A DNA stretch of 64,000 bases from Pecten maximus (lineage: Eukaryota): assembly GCF_902652985.1 (NCBI RefSeq), contig NC_047024.1, positions 36,022,001-36,086,000 of the forward strand. Direction: 5' to 3'. The notes beneath the pieces were generated by a model. It was not told the origin of the DNA. It did not search any database and saw only the letters and a program-made list of their open reading frames with translations. Shown piece after piece: positions 1 to 13,200 of the stretch; the stretch's first letter is position 1, and every line of letters starts with the position of its first letter. Made by a program: the position numbers and the translations under genes.

Positions 1-1028
1 GAGACGACAGGAGGACAGCGGAGACCAGCAAGAGACGACAGGAGACCGCGGAGACCAGCAGAGCAAGAGACGACAGGAGACCGCGGAGACCAGCAGAGCA
101 AGAGACGACAGGAGACAGCGGAGACCACCAGAGCAGGAGACGACAGGAGACCACCAGAGCAAGAGACGACAGGAGACCGCCAGAGCAAGAGACGACAGGA
201 TACCACCAGAGCAAGAGACGATCAGGAGACCCACCAGAGCAAGATGACGGAAGGAGACCACCAGAGCAAGAGACGACAGGAGACCACAGAGCAAGAGACG
301 ACAGGAGACCACCAGAGCAAGAGACGACAGGAGACCACCAGAGCAAGAGACCACAGGAGACCACCAGAGCAAGAGACGACAGGAGACCTGCGGAGACCAG
401 CAGAGCAAGAGACGACAGGAGACCACCAGAGCAAGAGACGACAGGAGACCCCCAGAGCAAGAGACGACAGGAGACCACCAGAGCAAGAGACGACAGGAGA
501 CCACCAGAGCAAGAGACGACAGGAGACCACCAGAGCAAGAGACCACAGGAGACCACCAGAGCAAGAGACGACAGGAGACCACCAGAGCATAGAGACGACA
601 GGAGACCACCAGAGCAAGAGACGACAGGAGACCGCGGAGACCACCAGAGCAAGAGACAGGAGACCACCAGAGCAAGGACGACAGGAGACACCCAGAGCAA
701 TGAGACGACAAGACCCCCAGAGCAAGAGGACGACAGGAGACCACCAGAGCAAGAGACGACAGGAGACCCCCCAGAGCAAAGTACACCAGAAGGACTAAGT
801 GAGACCACCAGATGCAATGAGACTACAGTATACCACCCAGATCAATATAGCTTACATGTATTACCACCATTATTCAATATTTCCTACATTATACCACCAT
901 ATGCAATAACTACATTATACCACCATATTCAATCTACTACATTATACACCATAGTCAATGATACCACATTTATACCACCATATCAATATACTACATTATA
1001 CCACCATATCAATATACTACATTATACC
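1..1028. repeat. 26-bp tandem array in a G-form (aggagaccaccagagcaagagacgac) and a T-form (attataccaccatatcaatatactac)
   Basis: Direct inspection; mixed zone at ~780-900. Confidence 0.9.
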
Positions 1029-1185
1029 TCTTCCTTCACACAGTTAATGGTTGATTTTGGATTTGTTGTACCATTATCAGAGATGGGTTAACTAAGTCAT
1101 TTCTCAATGATGTTCTTCACTTGGTGTTGAATATGTAAAATATATTGAAATTGTATATGTAATCTATCTTTTTTTACACATATAG

Positions 1186-1275
1186 GTGTCAGCTAGATGA
1201 GGTGACAAAGGAAAAGAACTCCTTTCATCTACAGTTCAACAAGAGTAACCAAACTGCAGCTGACCTTCAGGACAG
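1186..1275 (+). CDS. LMNTD1: LMNTD1-like exon, coil 1B start (CQLDEVTKEKNSFHLQFNKSNQTAADLQDR)
   Basis: tatag| acceptor after a T-tract, AG|gtatt donor, 90 bp, phase 2-2; resembles lamin RKTLDSVAKERARLQLE. Confidence 0.8.
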
Positions 1276-4200
1276 GTATTGAATGTCAATCGGATGGAAA
1301 CAAATTAGATGCCACTATTAAGAATAAAATAGATTAATCATTTGGAGCTTTTTCATGCTGCGCATAATCAATTTGGTGAATCAGCCCTAAAATCATTCAT
1401 TTCATATTCATGTCATACACAGTTTACATCATACAGGACCATTTTTCCACTTGGATCTTCAGGCTCGTCTGGTAATGTGACCTAACTATGTATGGTAGCA
1501 GTCATTGCGGTTGATGACTTTTGCCCGTTCTCGTAGAGAACACAGGACCACGCCTGGCCACAACCTGCTCTTTCAATTCCAATCATGTATTTGTTCATTG
1601 TCTATCAGCTCTAAAAAAAAAAATAATACTTAACCCATTTTCCTTAACCAGGACAACATTTCCCTTAATAATGGTAATTGTATAATTATATGCCGCAGCT
1701 AAGACAGCCCTAAGTGCTATTTGTTTGATTTTGTTGACTTTGTATTATTTAGTATGTTAGAATAGTTTATAATGTTAATACCTAGTGATTTGTTTCATAA
1801 TACAGTTGTCAGTCTTTAAACTGTGTTTTTGATTGTTTATGAAATTTAAAGGAAAAAAAGCTCTGTTCATTGGTTGTAGGGATGACCAGAATTTGTCCCG
1901 AGAAAAATGTTTGTCTCAAGTAAAATGACCTCCCTTTTTGTCCCTAATAGAATTACCTCCCTTTTTGTCCCTAATAGAGTTACCTCCCTTTTCAACAATA
2001 AAACAAAACCCTTTAGAGACAACACTCCTGTTTATCCCTACTCTGCCTACATCTTTTTGAAATCCTTTTATAGACCATTCATATCACACATCATTTTTTG
2101 ATTTGTCAGATAAACAATTTTTTCATCTTTATCCTGTGTAAACCTCGTTATTGGTTGTTTTAGACCTAATTATGAACACATTTGTATTTTATACCTGGGT
2201 ATTGAATTTATTGACAATATTGATTTTTGTTAGATTTTCAGTAGAAGTAGACAAGAATAGGAAGCTAACAGACGACATCAATGTGTGTCAGAGAAAGATG
2301 GTGGCTTTACAGGCCGAACTGGAGGACGCCAAAATGTCATCCAGTCAACCCTACGAGGATATCAATCGGCTGCAGCGAGATATTGACTGCCTTGTAAGAG
2401 AAAATGAAAATTACAAGAGAAGGTAAGATGCTGTGTGATAGATATTTGTGCCACATCTGTGTGTTTGTCCCCATCAGTTGTCAAGTCACAAAACCTAGCA
2501 ATAGATGGAGTCATGTAGGTGATAAACCAGTAACTAACTAAAGCTGATAGAACACTGACTATAGTCGGTGAGACGAAACCTAGCAATAGGCGGAGTCGCC
2601 CATGTAGGCGGTAAACCAGTAACTAACTAAAGCTGATAGACCACTGACTATAGTCGGTGAGACGAAACCTAGCCATAGGCATAGTCATGTAGGTGGTAAA
2701 CCAGTAACTAACTAAAGCTGATAGACCACTGACTATAGTCGGTGAGACGAAACCTAGCAATAGATGGAGTCATGTAGGTGGTAAACCAGTCCCTAACTAA
2801 AGCTGATAGACCACTGACTTAAGTTAGTGAGACGAAACCTAACAATAGGTGGAGTGATGTAGGTGGTAAACCAGTAAATAACTAAAGCTGATAGACCACT
2901 GACTATAGTCGGTGAGAGGAAACCTAGCAATAGGGAGAGTCATGTAGGTGGTAAACCAGCAACTAAATAAAAATAATTACTTAAGTCAATGTGTTGCTCA
3001 ATACTGTGTATGTGATCAGCTGTTTGTAAATCTGACAGATACACAAAACAAAATAGATACAGGTAAGCTATGATTGATTTACTCTATTGAATGTGTCTGT
3101 AATTCAGAAGGAATACATTTGATTCATGAAACATGGGATATCATTATAGATGAAATATTCTGAGATCATCTAACAAAAACACCTGTTGTGACCCACTAAC
3201 TTTGTTGTAACATACGTATAGAACGGCTTTGTACGAGGCTTTAGTAAACACAGTAAAAGGGTACCTGTTATCTCAAGTGGTCGAGTATAAGTGAAGTATT
3301 TGATAGGGGTGTCAGTCTGTAGGGGAGCTGTTTATGGCAAACGTATAAAAAATGCCAGGAACTCAATACAGTAACACATTTACTGTATAGACCTACACAG
3401 TACTGAAGATATCTTACAATCGTTTATCGGTATATTTTCCTGGTAGAGCTGGTGATACTCACTTGGGGCAAAGTGAGTTTGGTAGGAAGTGACAACCAAT
3501 AGAACTGTCACAGGTGTTAGATAAGTGTATTGTGTTTTGTTATATTGCTGAATTATTGTTAATGTCTTGTAAATATTTGTGTGGTATATCCTGTTTAGAA
3601 TTACAGGACAATCGTATGGAGAACAGTGAAGTTCAGTAATCTTTTTACTGACCTAGTCCAATATTTATATTTTTATGGATTTTGAAAATAGATTATGGAT
3701 TTCTTATTTTTTCTAAAAATTTAGTCAATAGGACTTTTTATTACCTAGGACGTATATAGAGTATTGGCCCATGGTCTATGACGTGATGAGCATTGATGTT
3801 ATGATCTAAGGAATTTTATCGTTGTTGTGATTTTTAATATCATTAATCAGAATTGACAGGTTAATAAAGTGTGGATCAATAGTACATGATCTACAGCTGT
3901 TTAACATGTGATAAACATTCCATGTTTTTTCACAGATCTGAGAAGGAACAGTTAATTAGACAAGAGTGTGAGGACAAGCTGAGCCAGTGTATGAAGAAGG
4001 CCGAATTCAACGAACAGGTGTTCAACCAGCAGATGAACGAGGCCCGTGAACGGCTGAATGTATCCACGGCTACCATACTGTCACTGGAAGGTCGTGTGCG
4101 CGACCTGAGTAAGACGGACACTACGGTGCCCGAGATGATTCGTCAAGTGAGGGAGGCAGCCGAGGAGGAACTTGCTCAGTACAAAATGAATTCTGAAAAT

Positions 4201-7200
4201 GAATTCGCCCGCAATGTAAGTATATGTTGGCCTATCACAGCTGAAACCTTTCCTTATATATCACAGCTGACCTGGCATGAAAAAGTATACTGTGGTGAAA
4301 TTGATTATATACTGTAAATATACATATTTTAGAAGCCTGGGTATGTTAATTATTTTCTGCAGTAAGTGAGGTGGCCGCACCAATTGGCTAATCTGTTAAA
4401 TTCTGATATGCCCTAAAATTTGAGTGTGCCAAGATAAATATGCATTAACAGTATAATGTAGTAAGATTTAACTGTCTGTTCAGTATTGAAGTCCGATTGA
4501 TAGCAATTGTAAATGATTCCAAACACAGCGGTACAATTGTTATGTAATCAAGTATTAATTCATGTCATTGAGAGTAGATGGTCCAGACAATGGGATGTAT
4601 GTTATAAAATACAAATGTTTTGCCCACAGATAAACTCTCTGAAAGTCCAGATGGAAAATGATGCCCAAACAGTAGAAAGGATAAACCGAGAGAAATCTGA
4701 CCTGTTGGGAAGCACCGGCGAGTTAAAGGCCAGGATTACCTCCCTTGAGGGACAGGTATGTATGATATGTATTATTTTACATCTTCTCATAATTTGAATG
4801 TAATAAAATGTGTTGATAAAAAAGATGTTCAATGATTCTACTTTCACTTCATAAACTATAACAAGTGGTTTATACAACTTTCTACCACAATACCCTGTGT
4901 TATTCAACTCTCAGACCATCAGTTAATCATTACAGCCGTTGATTAACAATCTGTTTATACCACACGTGGTATAAACTCTGTACGCATTTCGATTGGCTAA
5001 CACGGTGAACTTTGACCCAAGCTGCAATTGTTATTGACGTCATCAATAATCTAATGACGTCACATCACCGGGTCCCGGACGTCACCGGTACACTTTATTT
5101 GCATACGCGAAATTATACTTGGCCACGTTTCCCTTTGATTCAATCCGATATTATTGTGGTAGAAACAGGTCACACGACTCGTGATTGTTGGATATGGAAT
5201 TTATTTCACACTCGTAAGTTATTTTTTAAAAGTTGCAAAAAACACTCGCTAAAGCTCGTGTCTTTTGTAACTTTAAAAAATAACTTACTCGTGTGAAATA
5301 AATTCCATATCCAACAACCACTCGTTGTGTAACCTCTATATCTCTGTGTTAGCTGACATATTGATCGAGATCACTGCTGCTCACACTGATAAAATTATAC
5401 ATTAACTATCCTCATTAATAAGCTTACACATTTATCAAGTTGGGAAAACTGCCAAGGAAAAACTGATGAACATTATACTTAAAACAGCTTACACACTTAC
5501 CAAGTAAGAGAAAAATTGGAGTAAAAGGTGGAGAAAATTTATGCACAATGTACTTAAAACAGTCCAATTTTCATCCTTTTCAAATGTCATGACATGTTCC
5601 TCATGGGCTTTGATTGTATCCGATGTGGATGGGTGTATATATGTAATTGGGGCCGCGGTGGCCGAGTGGTTAAGGTGTCCCGACACTTTAATGCTAGCCC
5701 TCCACCTCTGGGTTGCGAGTTCGAAACCTACGTGGGGCAGTTTCCAGGTACTGACCGTAGGCCGGTGGTTTTTCTCCGGGTACTCCGGCTTTCCTCCACC
5801 TCCAAAACCTGGCACGTCCTTAAATGATCCTGGCTGTTAATAGGACGTTAACAAAAACAAACAAACAAGTATATGTAATTAATTGATGACTTCTACTTAT
5901 CGTTACAGATACAGATGTTGGAACATCAGAGAAAGTCTGCTGAAGAAATGTTGCAGCAAGAACGACAGCGATCTGCTGAACAGATTCAAATCATGGAAAA
6001 GAAATTCCGGGAAGTCCAAGATTTACTTATTGTGAAAATGAGGGAAGTGAATGTGTCGCGAGACACAAACATCCCACTGAAGGCAGAGATTGAGGCCATG
6101 AAGGTTCTACTAGAGGAGGAGGAGCGCAGGTATATACTGTGGACTCTGTATATACTGTGGACTCTGTCCCATAACAATTCTTGGTTGTTATATTTTCAGT
6201 ATGGTGTTATATTTTCAGTATGGGTATTATCAATACTAGTGTAGTGGTGCATATCACATTTTTCACTCAGATATACAAGATGCAAACAGGGTCACTTAGA
6301 ATTTTGATATTTCTTACCACCATTTCTCAAAAACAAAAATTAAGGTGCTTAGTAACATTACCTCTCTTTATGGTTTAGTATGATTACCTCCCTTTATGGT
6401 TTAGTATGATACCTCCCTTTATGGTTTAGTATGATTACCTCCCTTTATGGTTTAGTATGATAACCTCCCTTTATGGTTTAGTAGGATTACCTCCCTTTAT
6501 GGTTAAGTATGATTACCTCCCTTTATGGTTTAGTATGATTACCTCCCTTTATGGTTTAGTATGATTACCTCCCTCTATGGTTAAGTATGATTACCTCCCT
6601 TTATGGTTTAGTATGATTACCACCATTTATGATCATTTTATTGATTTCCTCCCTTGATCTTAATGTGGAAGATTTAGCTCACAAGCATTAAATGTTTTAC
6701 AAATTTCTCCACAGTATATCACTGTGTCTGAACTTTGCCATTCTCTGATGTTTCAGACTTTGTAATTCTGCTGTTTTCACTACACAACAAACCACAACTA
6801 CGCCAGCTACTGTGGCATACACTGCCGCCATGCGACCTTTGACTCCCTCAGCTCCTCCCATGTCGCCAGCTCACCCAGCCATGTTTTCTAACATGCATCT
6901 GACAGAAGTCGGCCCGGATTCTATGGTGCCCCATACCGAGATGCTTGACCCTGTTGTATCTTCAACCCTAGCCAAACAGGAATATGAAACCATGGCATCC
7001 TCACCTGACTTCCCTTGTGCCACACGTTATACTTATGAGGCCACACCCAGTATGAACCGTCTACAGATCGAACCGTCACCACCTGTTACTCCTCGACCTG
7101 TTGGTCCAGTTGCCAGGGTCAAATCAGCCCCAGGTAAGTACAGACTGTTAATGATTATGTTATATATTGTTTTATATTGTTATATATTGTTTTATATACA

Positions 7201-10200
7201 TTTATATATCTGTGGAAAGTTCCAATTGTCCAGGTCCAGTCAGGCCCAACTAAAGTCAGACTGAGTTGCTTCCCTTGTTCAAGTCATATATATCTTTAGA
7301 GGATTCCTATCTCACAACCATGATTAAGAACTCAATATATATTTGAGTCTTGACCTGAATATGAATGATTTTCAGAAGCATACTAGTTTACGCTACATAT
7401 GCAAAAGCCATTTTGTTATATATGAGGTTTTTATGGAACAGGTGAAAAAGAAAAGTGCACAGATTGAGAAATAACCCCAGCATACAGTTTACCTATTGAA
7501 ATAATCACTCAACCAAGTGCAGTATTAGCACACTGCAGTCAGAAACAGAAATATGGCTGTTTCTAAACTTTAAAAATCAATTCCTTTAAAACTTTGCTAG
7601 TATTGGTGAGGATTTCTAACTACTAAGTCATAATGGGTGATGAATTTGAATTCATGTAAATATATTTCATAGTGGACTTTGTTATCTATAGATATTGTAT
7701 AGTGGACTGTTATCTATAGATATTGTATAGTGGACTGTTATCTATAGATATCGTATAGTGGACTGTTATCTATAGATATTGTATAGTGGACTGTTATCTA
7801 TAGATATTGTATAGTGGACTGTTATCTATAGATATCGTATAGTGGACTGTTATCTATAGATATTGTATAGTGGACTGTTATCTATAGATATTGTATAGTG
7901 GACTGTTATCATAGATATTGTATAGTGGACTGTTATCTATAGATATTGTATAGTGGACTGTTATCATAGATATTGTATAGTGGACTGTTATCTATAGATA
8001 TTGTATAGTGGACTGTTATCTATAGATATTGTATAGTGGACTGTTATCTATAGATATTGTATAGTGGACTGTTATCTATAGATATTGTATAGTGGACTGT
8101 TATCTATAGATATTGTATAGTGGACTGTTATCTATAGATATTGTATAGTGGACTGTTATCTATAGATATTGTATAGTGGACTGTTATCATAGATATTGTA
8201 TAGTGGACTGTTATCTATAGATATTGTATAGTGGACTGTTATCTATAGATATTGTATAGTGGACTGTTATCTATAGATATTGTATAGTGGACTGTTATCT
8301 ATAGATATTGTATAGTGGACTGTTATCTATAGATATTGTATAGTGGACTGTTATCATAGATATTGTATAGTGGACTGTTATCTATAGATATTGTAATAGT
8401 GATGACTGTTATCTATAGATATTGTATAGTGGACTGTTATCTATAGATATTGTATAGTGGACTGTTATCTATAGATATTGTATAGTGGACTGTTATCTAT
8501 AGATATTGTATAGTGGACTGTTATCTATAGATATTGTATAGTGGACTGTTATCTATAGATTATTGTATAGTGGACTGTTATCTATAGATATTGTATAGTG
8601 GACTGTTATCTATAGATATTGTATAGTGGACTGTTATCTATAGATATTTTATATAGTGGACTGTTATCTATAGATATTGTATAGTGGACTGTTATCTATA
8701 GATATTGTATAGTGGACTGTTATCTATAGATATTGTATAGTGGACTGTTATCTATAGATATTGTATAGTGGACTGTTATCTATAGATATTGTATAGTGGG
8801 ACTGTTATCTATAGATATTGTATAGTGGACTGTTATCTATAGATATTGTATAGTGGACTGTTATCTATAGATATTGTATAGTGGACTGTTATCATAGATA
8901 TTGTATAGTGGACTGTTATCTATAGATATTGTATAGTGGACTGTTATCTATAGATATTGTATAGTGGACTGTTATCTATAGATATTGTATAGTGGACTGT
9001 TATCTATAGATATTGTATAGTGGACTGTTATCTATAGATATTGTATAGTGGACTGTTATCTATAGATATTGTATAGTGGACTGTTATCTATAGATATTGT
9101 ATAGTGGACTGTTATCTATAGATATTGTATAGTGGACTGTTATCTATAGATATTGTATAGTGGACTGTTATCTATAGATATTGTATAGTGGACTGTTATC
9201 TATAGATATTGTATAGTGGACTGTTATCTATAGATATTGTATAGTGGACTGTTATCTATAGATATTGTATAGTGGACTGTTATCTATAGATATTGTATAG
9301 TGGACTGTAATAGATATTGTATAGTGGACTGTTATCTATAGATATTGTATAGTGGACTGTTATCTATAGATATTGTATAGTGGACTGTTATCATAGATAT
9401 TGTATAGTGGACTGTTATCTATAGATATTGTATAGTGGACTGTTATCTATAGATATTGTATGTGGACTGTTATCTATAGATATTGTATAGTGGACTGTTA
9501 TCATAGATATTGTATAGTGGACTGTTATCTATAGATATTGTATAGTGGACTGTTATCTATAGATATTGTATAGTGGACTGTTATCTATAGATATTGTATA
9601 GTGGACTGTTATCTATAGATATTGTATAGTGGACTGTTATCTATAGATATTGTATAGTGGACTGTTTATCTATAGATATTGTATAGTGGACTGTTATCTA
9701 TAGATATTGTATAGTGGACTGTTATCTATAGATATTGTATAGTGGACTGTTATCTATAGATATTGTATAGTGGACTGTTATCATAGATATTGTATAGTGG
9801 ACTGTTATCTATAGATATTGTATAGTGGACTGTTATCATAGATATTGTATAGTGGACTGTTATCATAGATATTGTATAGTGGACTGTTATCTATAGATAT
9901 TGTATAGTGGACTGTTATCTATAGATATTGTATAGTGGACTGTTATCTATAGATATTGTATAGTGGACTGTTATCTATAGATATTGTATAGTGGACTGTT
10001 ATCTATAGATATTGTATAGTGGGACTGTTATCTATAGATATGTATAATGGACTGTAATAGATATTGTATAGTGGACTGTTATCTATAGATATTGTATAGT
10101 GGACTGTTATCTATAGATATTGTATAGTGGACTGTTATCTATAGATATTGTATAGTGGACTGTTATCTATAGATATTGTATAGTGGGACTGTTATCTATA

Positions 10201-13200
10201 GATATTGTATAGTGGACTGTTATCATAGATATTGTATAGTGGACTGTTATCTATAGATATTGTATAGTGGACTGTTATCTATAGATATTGTATAGTGGAC
10301 TGTTATCTATAGATATTGTATAGTGGACTGTTATCTATAGATATTGTATAGTGGACTGTTATCATAGATATTGTATAGTGGACTGTTATCTATAGATATT
10401 GTATAGTGGACTGTTATCTATAGATATTGTATAGTGGACTGTTATCTATAGATATTGTATAGTGGACTGTTATCTATAGATATTGTATAGTGGACTGTTA
10501 TCTATAGATATTGTATAGTGGACTGTTATCTATAGATATTGTATAGTGGACTGTTATCTATAGATATTGTATAGTGGACTGTTATCTATAGATATTGTAT
10601 AGTGGACTGTTATCTATAGATATTGTATAGTGGACTGTTATCTATAGATATTGTATAGTGGACTGTTATCTATAGATATTGTATAGTGGACTGTTATCTA
10701 TAGATATTGTGTATTGGACTGTTATCTATAGATATTGTATAGTGGACTGTTATTATAGAAAGTGTATATTGGACTGTTATCTATAGATATTTTCTATTGA
10801 ATGTTTGTATTTCAGACAATTTTTGTGTTTATCCGAAGTATAAGCCATCTATCTACACATACTCGTATAAACCTCGCTATGTGAATCCGAGCTATAAGCG
10901 TTACCTAGGTCACAGTGACGTGATTCCGAGCTATTCACGTTGCCTAGGTCACAGTGGTACGTCCCGCAATGCTGACAGTATTTGTCATAGATAGATTCTC
11001 ACCTGTTTTTTTTTGTTAAATGGAGGGTTGGGGATCATTTCAGTAGGGGCAAACCAATTTAGAGTCTATTTTACAGTCATAATTTGAAATTAGTTTTGTA
11101 TGAAATATATTTTATTTTAGTTTTTAAATTTGACTGGAATTTGAGTCTATACACTCTAAAGATAACAAAGTAAAATTGATATAATTAGCAAAGTCTAAAA
11201 CAATCTGTGTTCTGTGTGTTTGAAGTTTTTTCTTCTATTATAATCATAATTTACATCAAAATATAGAATAAAGAATATTGCAGTATAATTGGTTCAATTA
11301 ATGAAAGGTACCTTCTCTGCCTGACTTGATCTTCATTGATACAAAGAACTGGGAAATAACATGCTTTACCACAAACAATCACGCTGCTGAGTGGCTGTCA
11401 ATCACGTGCCCTAGGAATGCATGACTTGTAACAGCTTTGTTTGATCTAACAACCATTCATCCTTATTATGTTTGTAAATGCTTCATATAACTGATATCAA
11501 TATACAATAAAAAAAATATGGAAAAAAGCAAAAGATGAAAAAACCTAGTTAAAAAACAAGTAGAAATCTTAGCTTTTACGTTTTTTCATTTTAAGATTGC
11601 ATGGAATAGAGAATAGGCTTGAAATGCATGATACATGTTTATTATTAGTTCATCGACATTTCTTATCAACATTTCTTATCAACATTTCTTATCAACAATG
11701 TATTTTACATACTGGCTTGTTCAAATGACATTTTCAAAGGATTAGCACAGTACTTACCATTTGTACATGCCTGTTATAATTGAGGTATTCACTAAATACT
11801 GTCAAGAAACAACTTTTATGGAGGGAGATAATTCACTGTAGACTGTCAGATAACATGGTTAATTGAGGGGAGATAATTCACTGTAGACTGTCAGATAACA
11901 TGGTTAATGGAGGGGAGATAATTCACTGTAGACTGTCAGATAACAAGGTTAATGGAGGGGAGATAATTCACTGTAGACTGTCAGATAACATGGTTAATGG
12001 AGGGGAGATAATTCACTGTAGACTGTCAGATAACATGGTTAATGGAGGGGAGATAATTCATTGAATACTGTCAGATAACATGGTTAATGGAGGGGAGATA
12101 ATTCATTGAATACTGTCAGATAACATGGTTAATTGAGGGGAAAAATTAATTGAATACTGTCAAAAAACAATGTTAACAAGGGGAGAAAATTTATTGAATA
12201 CTGTCAGAAAACAAGGTTAATGGAGGGGAGATAATTCATTGGATACTGTCAGAAAACAAATTTAATGGAGAGCAGATAGTTCACTGTATACTGGCAGAAA
12301 ACAAATTTAATGGAGGGGAGATAATTCATTGAATACTGTCAGAAAACAAGGTTAATGGAGGGGAGATAATTCACTGTAGACTGCCATAAAACAAGGTTAA
12401 TGGAGGGAAGATAGTTCATTGAATACTGTCAGAACATTGATGTAGGGGAGATAACTGCTATAAACTAAATGTATGCATTAATGAATATACACTGTAGAGG
12501 ATGTTATTTACTAACAACTGTAAAAACCAAATATTCTAGTGCTGTTAGACAGGTTTTATTCACTATGAGGTTACCAGTCAGATTTTCTTATCTAAGATCT
12601 GATTAAGTTGATTTATATTTTTCATCTGTGTGCATTATTATCATTTGAAGCAAAATGTAAATTTTCAGAAAAAGTATTTAATATGATCTTTTTGAATAAC
12701 AGAATTAATCCTAACACTGGTCCATTTGATAGAGTAGAATTCATGTTGGATGTGAGAATGGATGTAGATTCACAAATCATGATTTATCTTTTGTGCCTTC
12801 AGCCTCCGGCCAGGGTAGAATCACAGCAGCAGGCCTTGTACCGGCCAGTCTTGGTCAAGGAAAGGACTACTTTGATGAAATGTTCCGTGATCTTACACGA
12901 GAGACACTTTACACACAAGTACGCCCAAAAAGTAGTCCCACTGAACGACAACCAACGTCGACATACCACGATTATAATACCTCCACCTCCAGGTGAGCTG
13001 ACTTTACCAATCACATCTGATATTACCTGTAACACTTGATCAACTATGTCCATCAATCTGACTGTCTACTTGTGGTCAGCCCAGACCTCTGGTTTAGTGA
13101 ATATGTGTTAGCTGAAAAGCTATGAGTTTTCTGCGACTGATGCTTTCCCTCGGTGGAAATTTCAGCTACAACATTTTCATAAATCCTATTATTATTTTAG

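Noticed and set aside
222-798. 184/185-aa ORFs on both strands
   Set aside because: They arise from a nearly T-free repeat that cannot form stop codons and is probably mis-called.
3599-3635. Possible small exon between rod exons
   Set aside because: Stop codon in the required phase; rod spacing already matches lamin without it.
5649-5740. tRNA gene
   Set aside because: A and B boxes run into a SINE body, tail and TSD; three dispersed copies.
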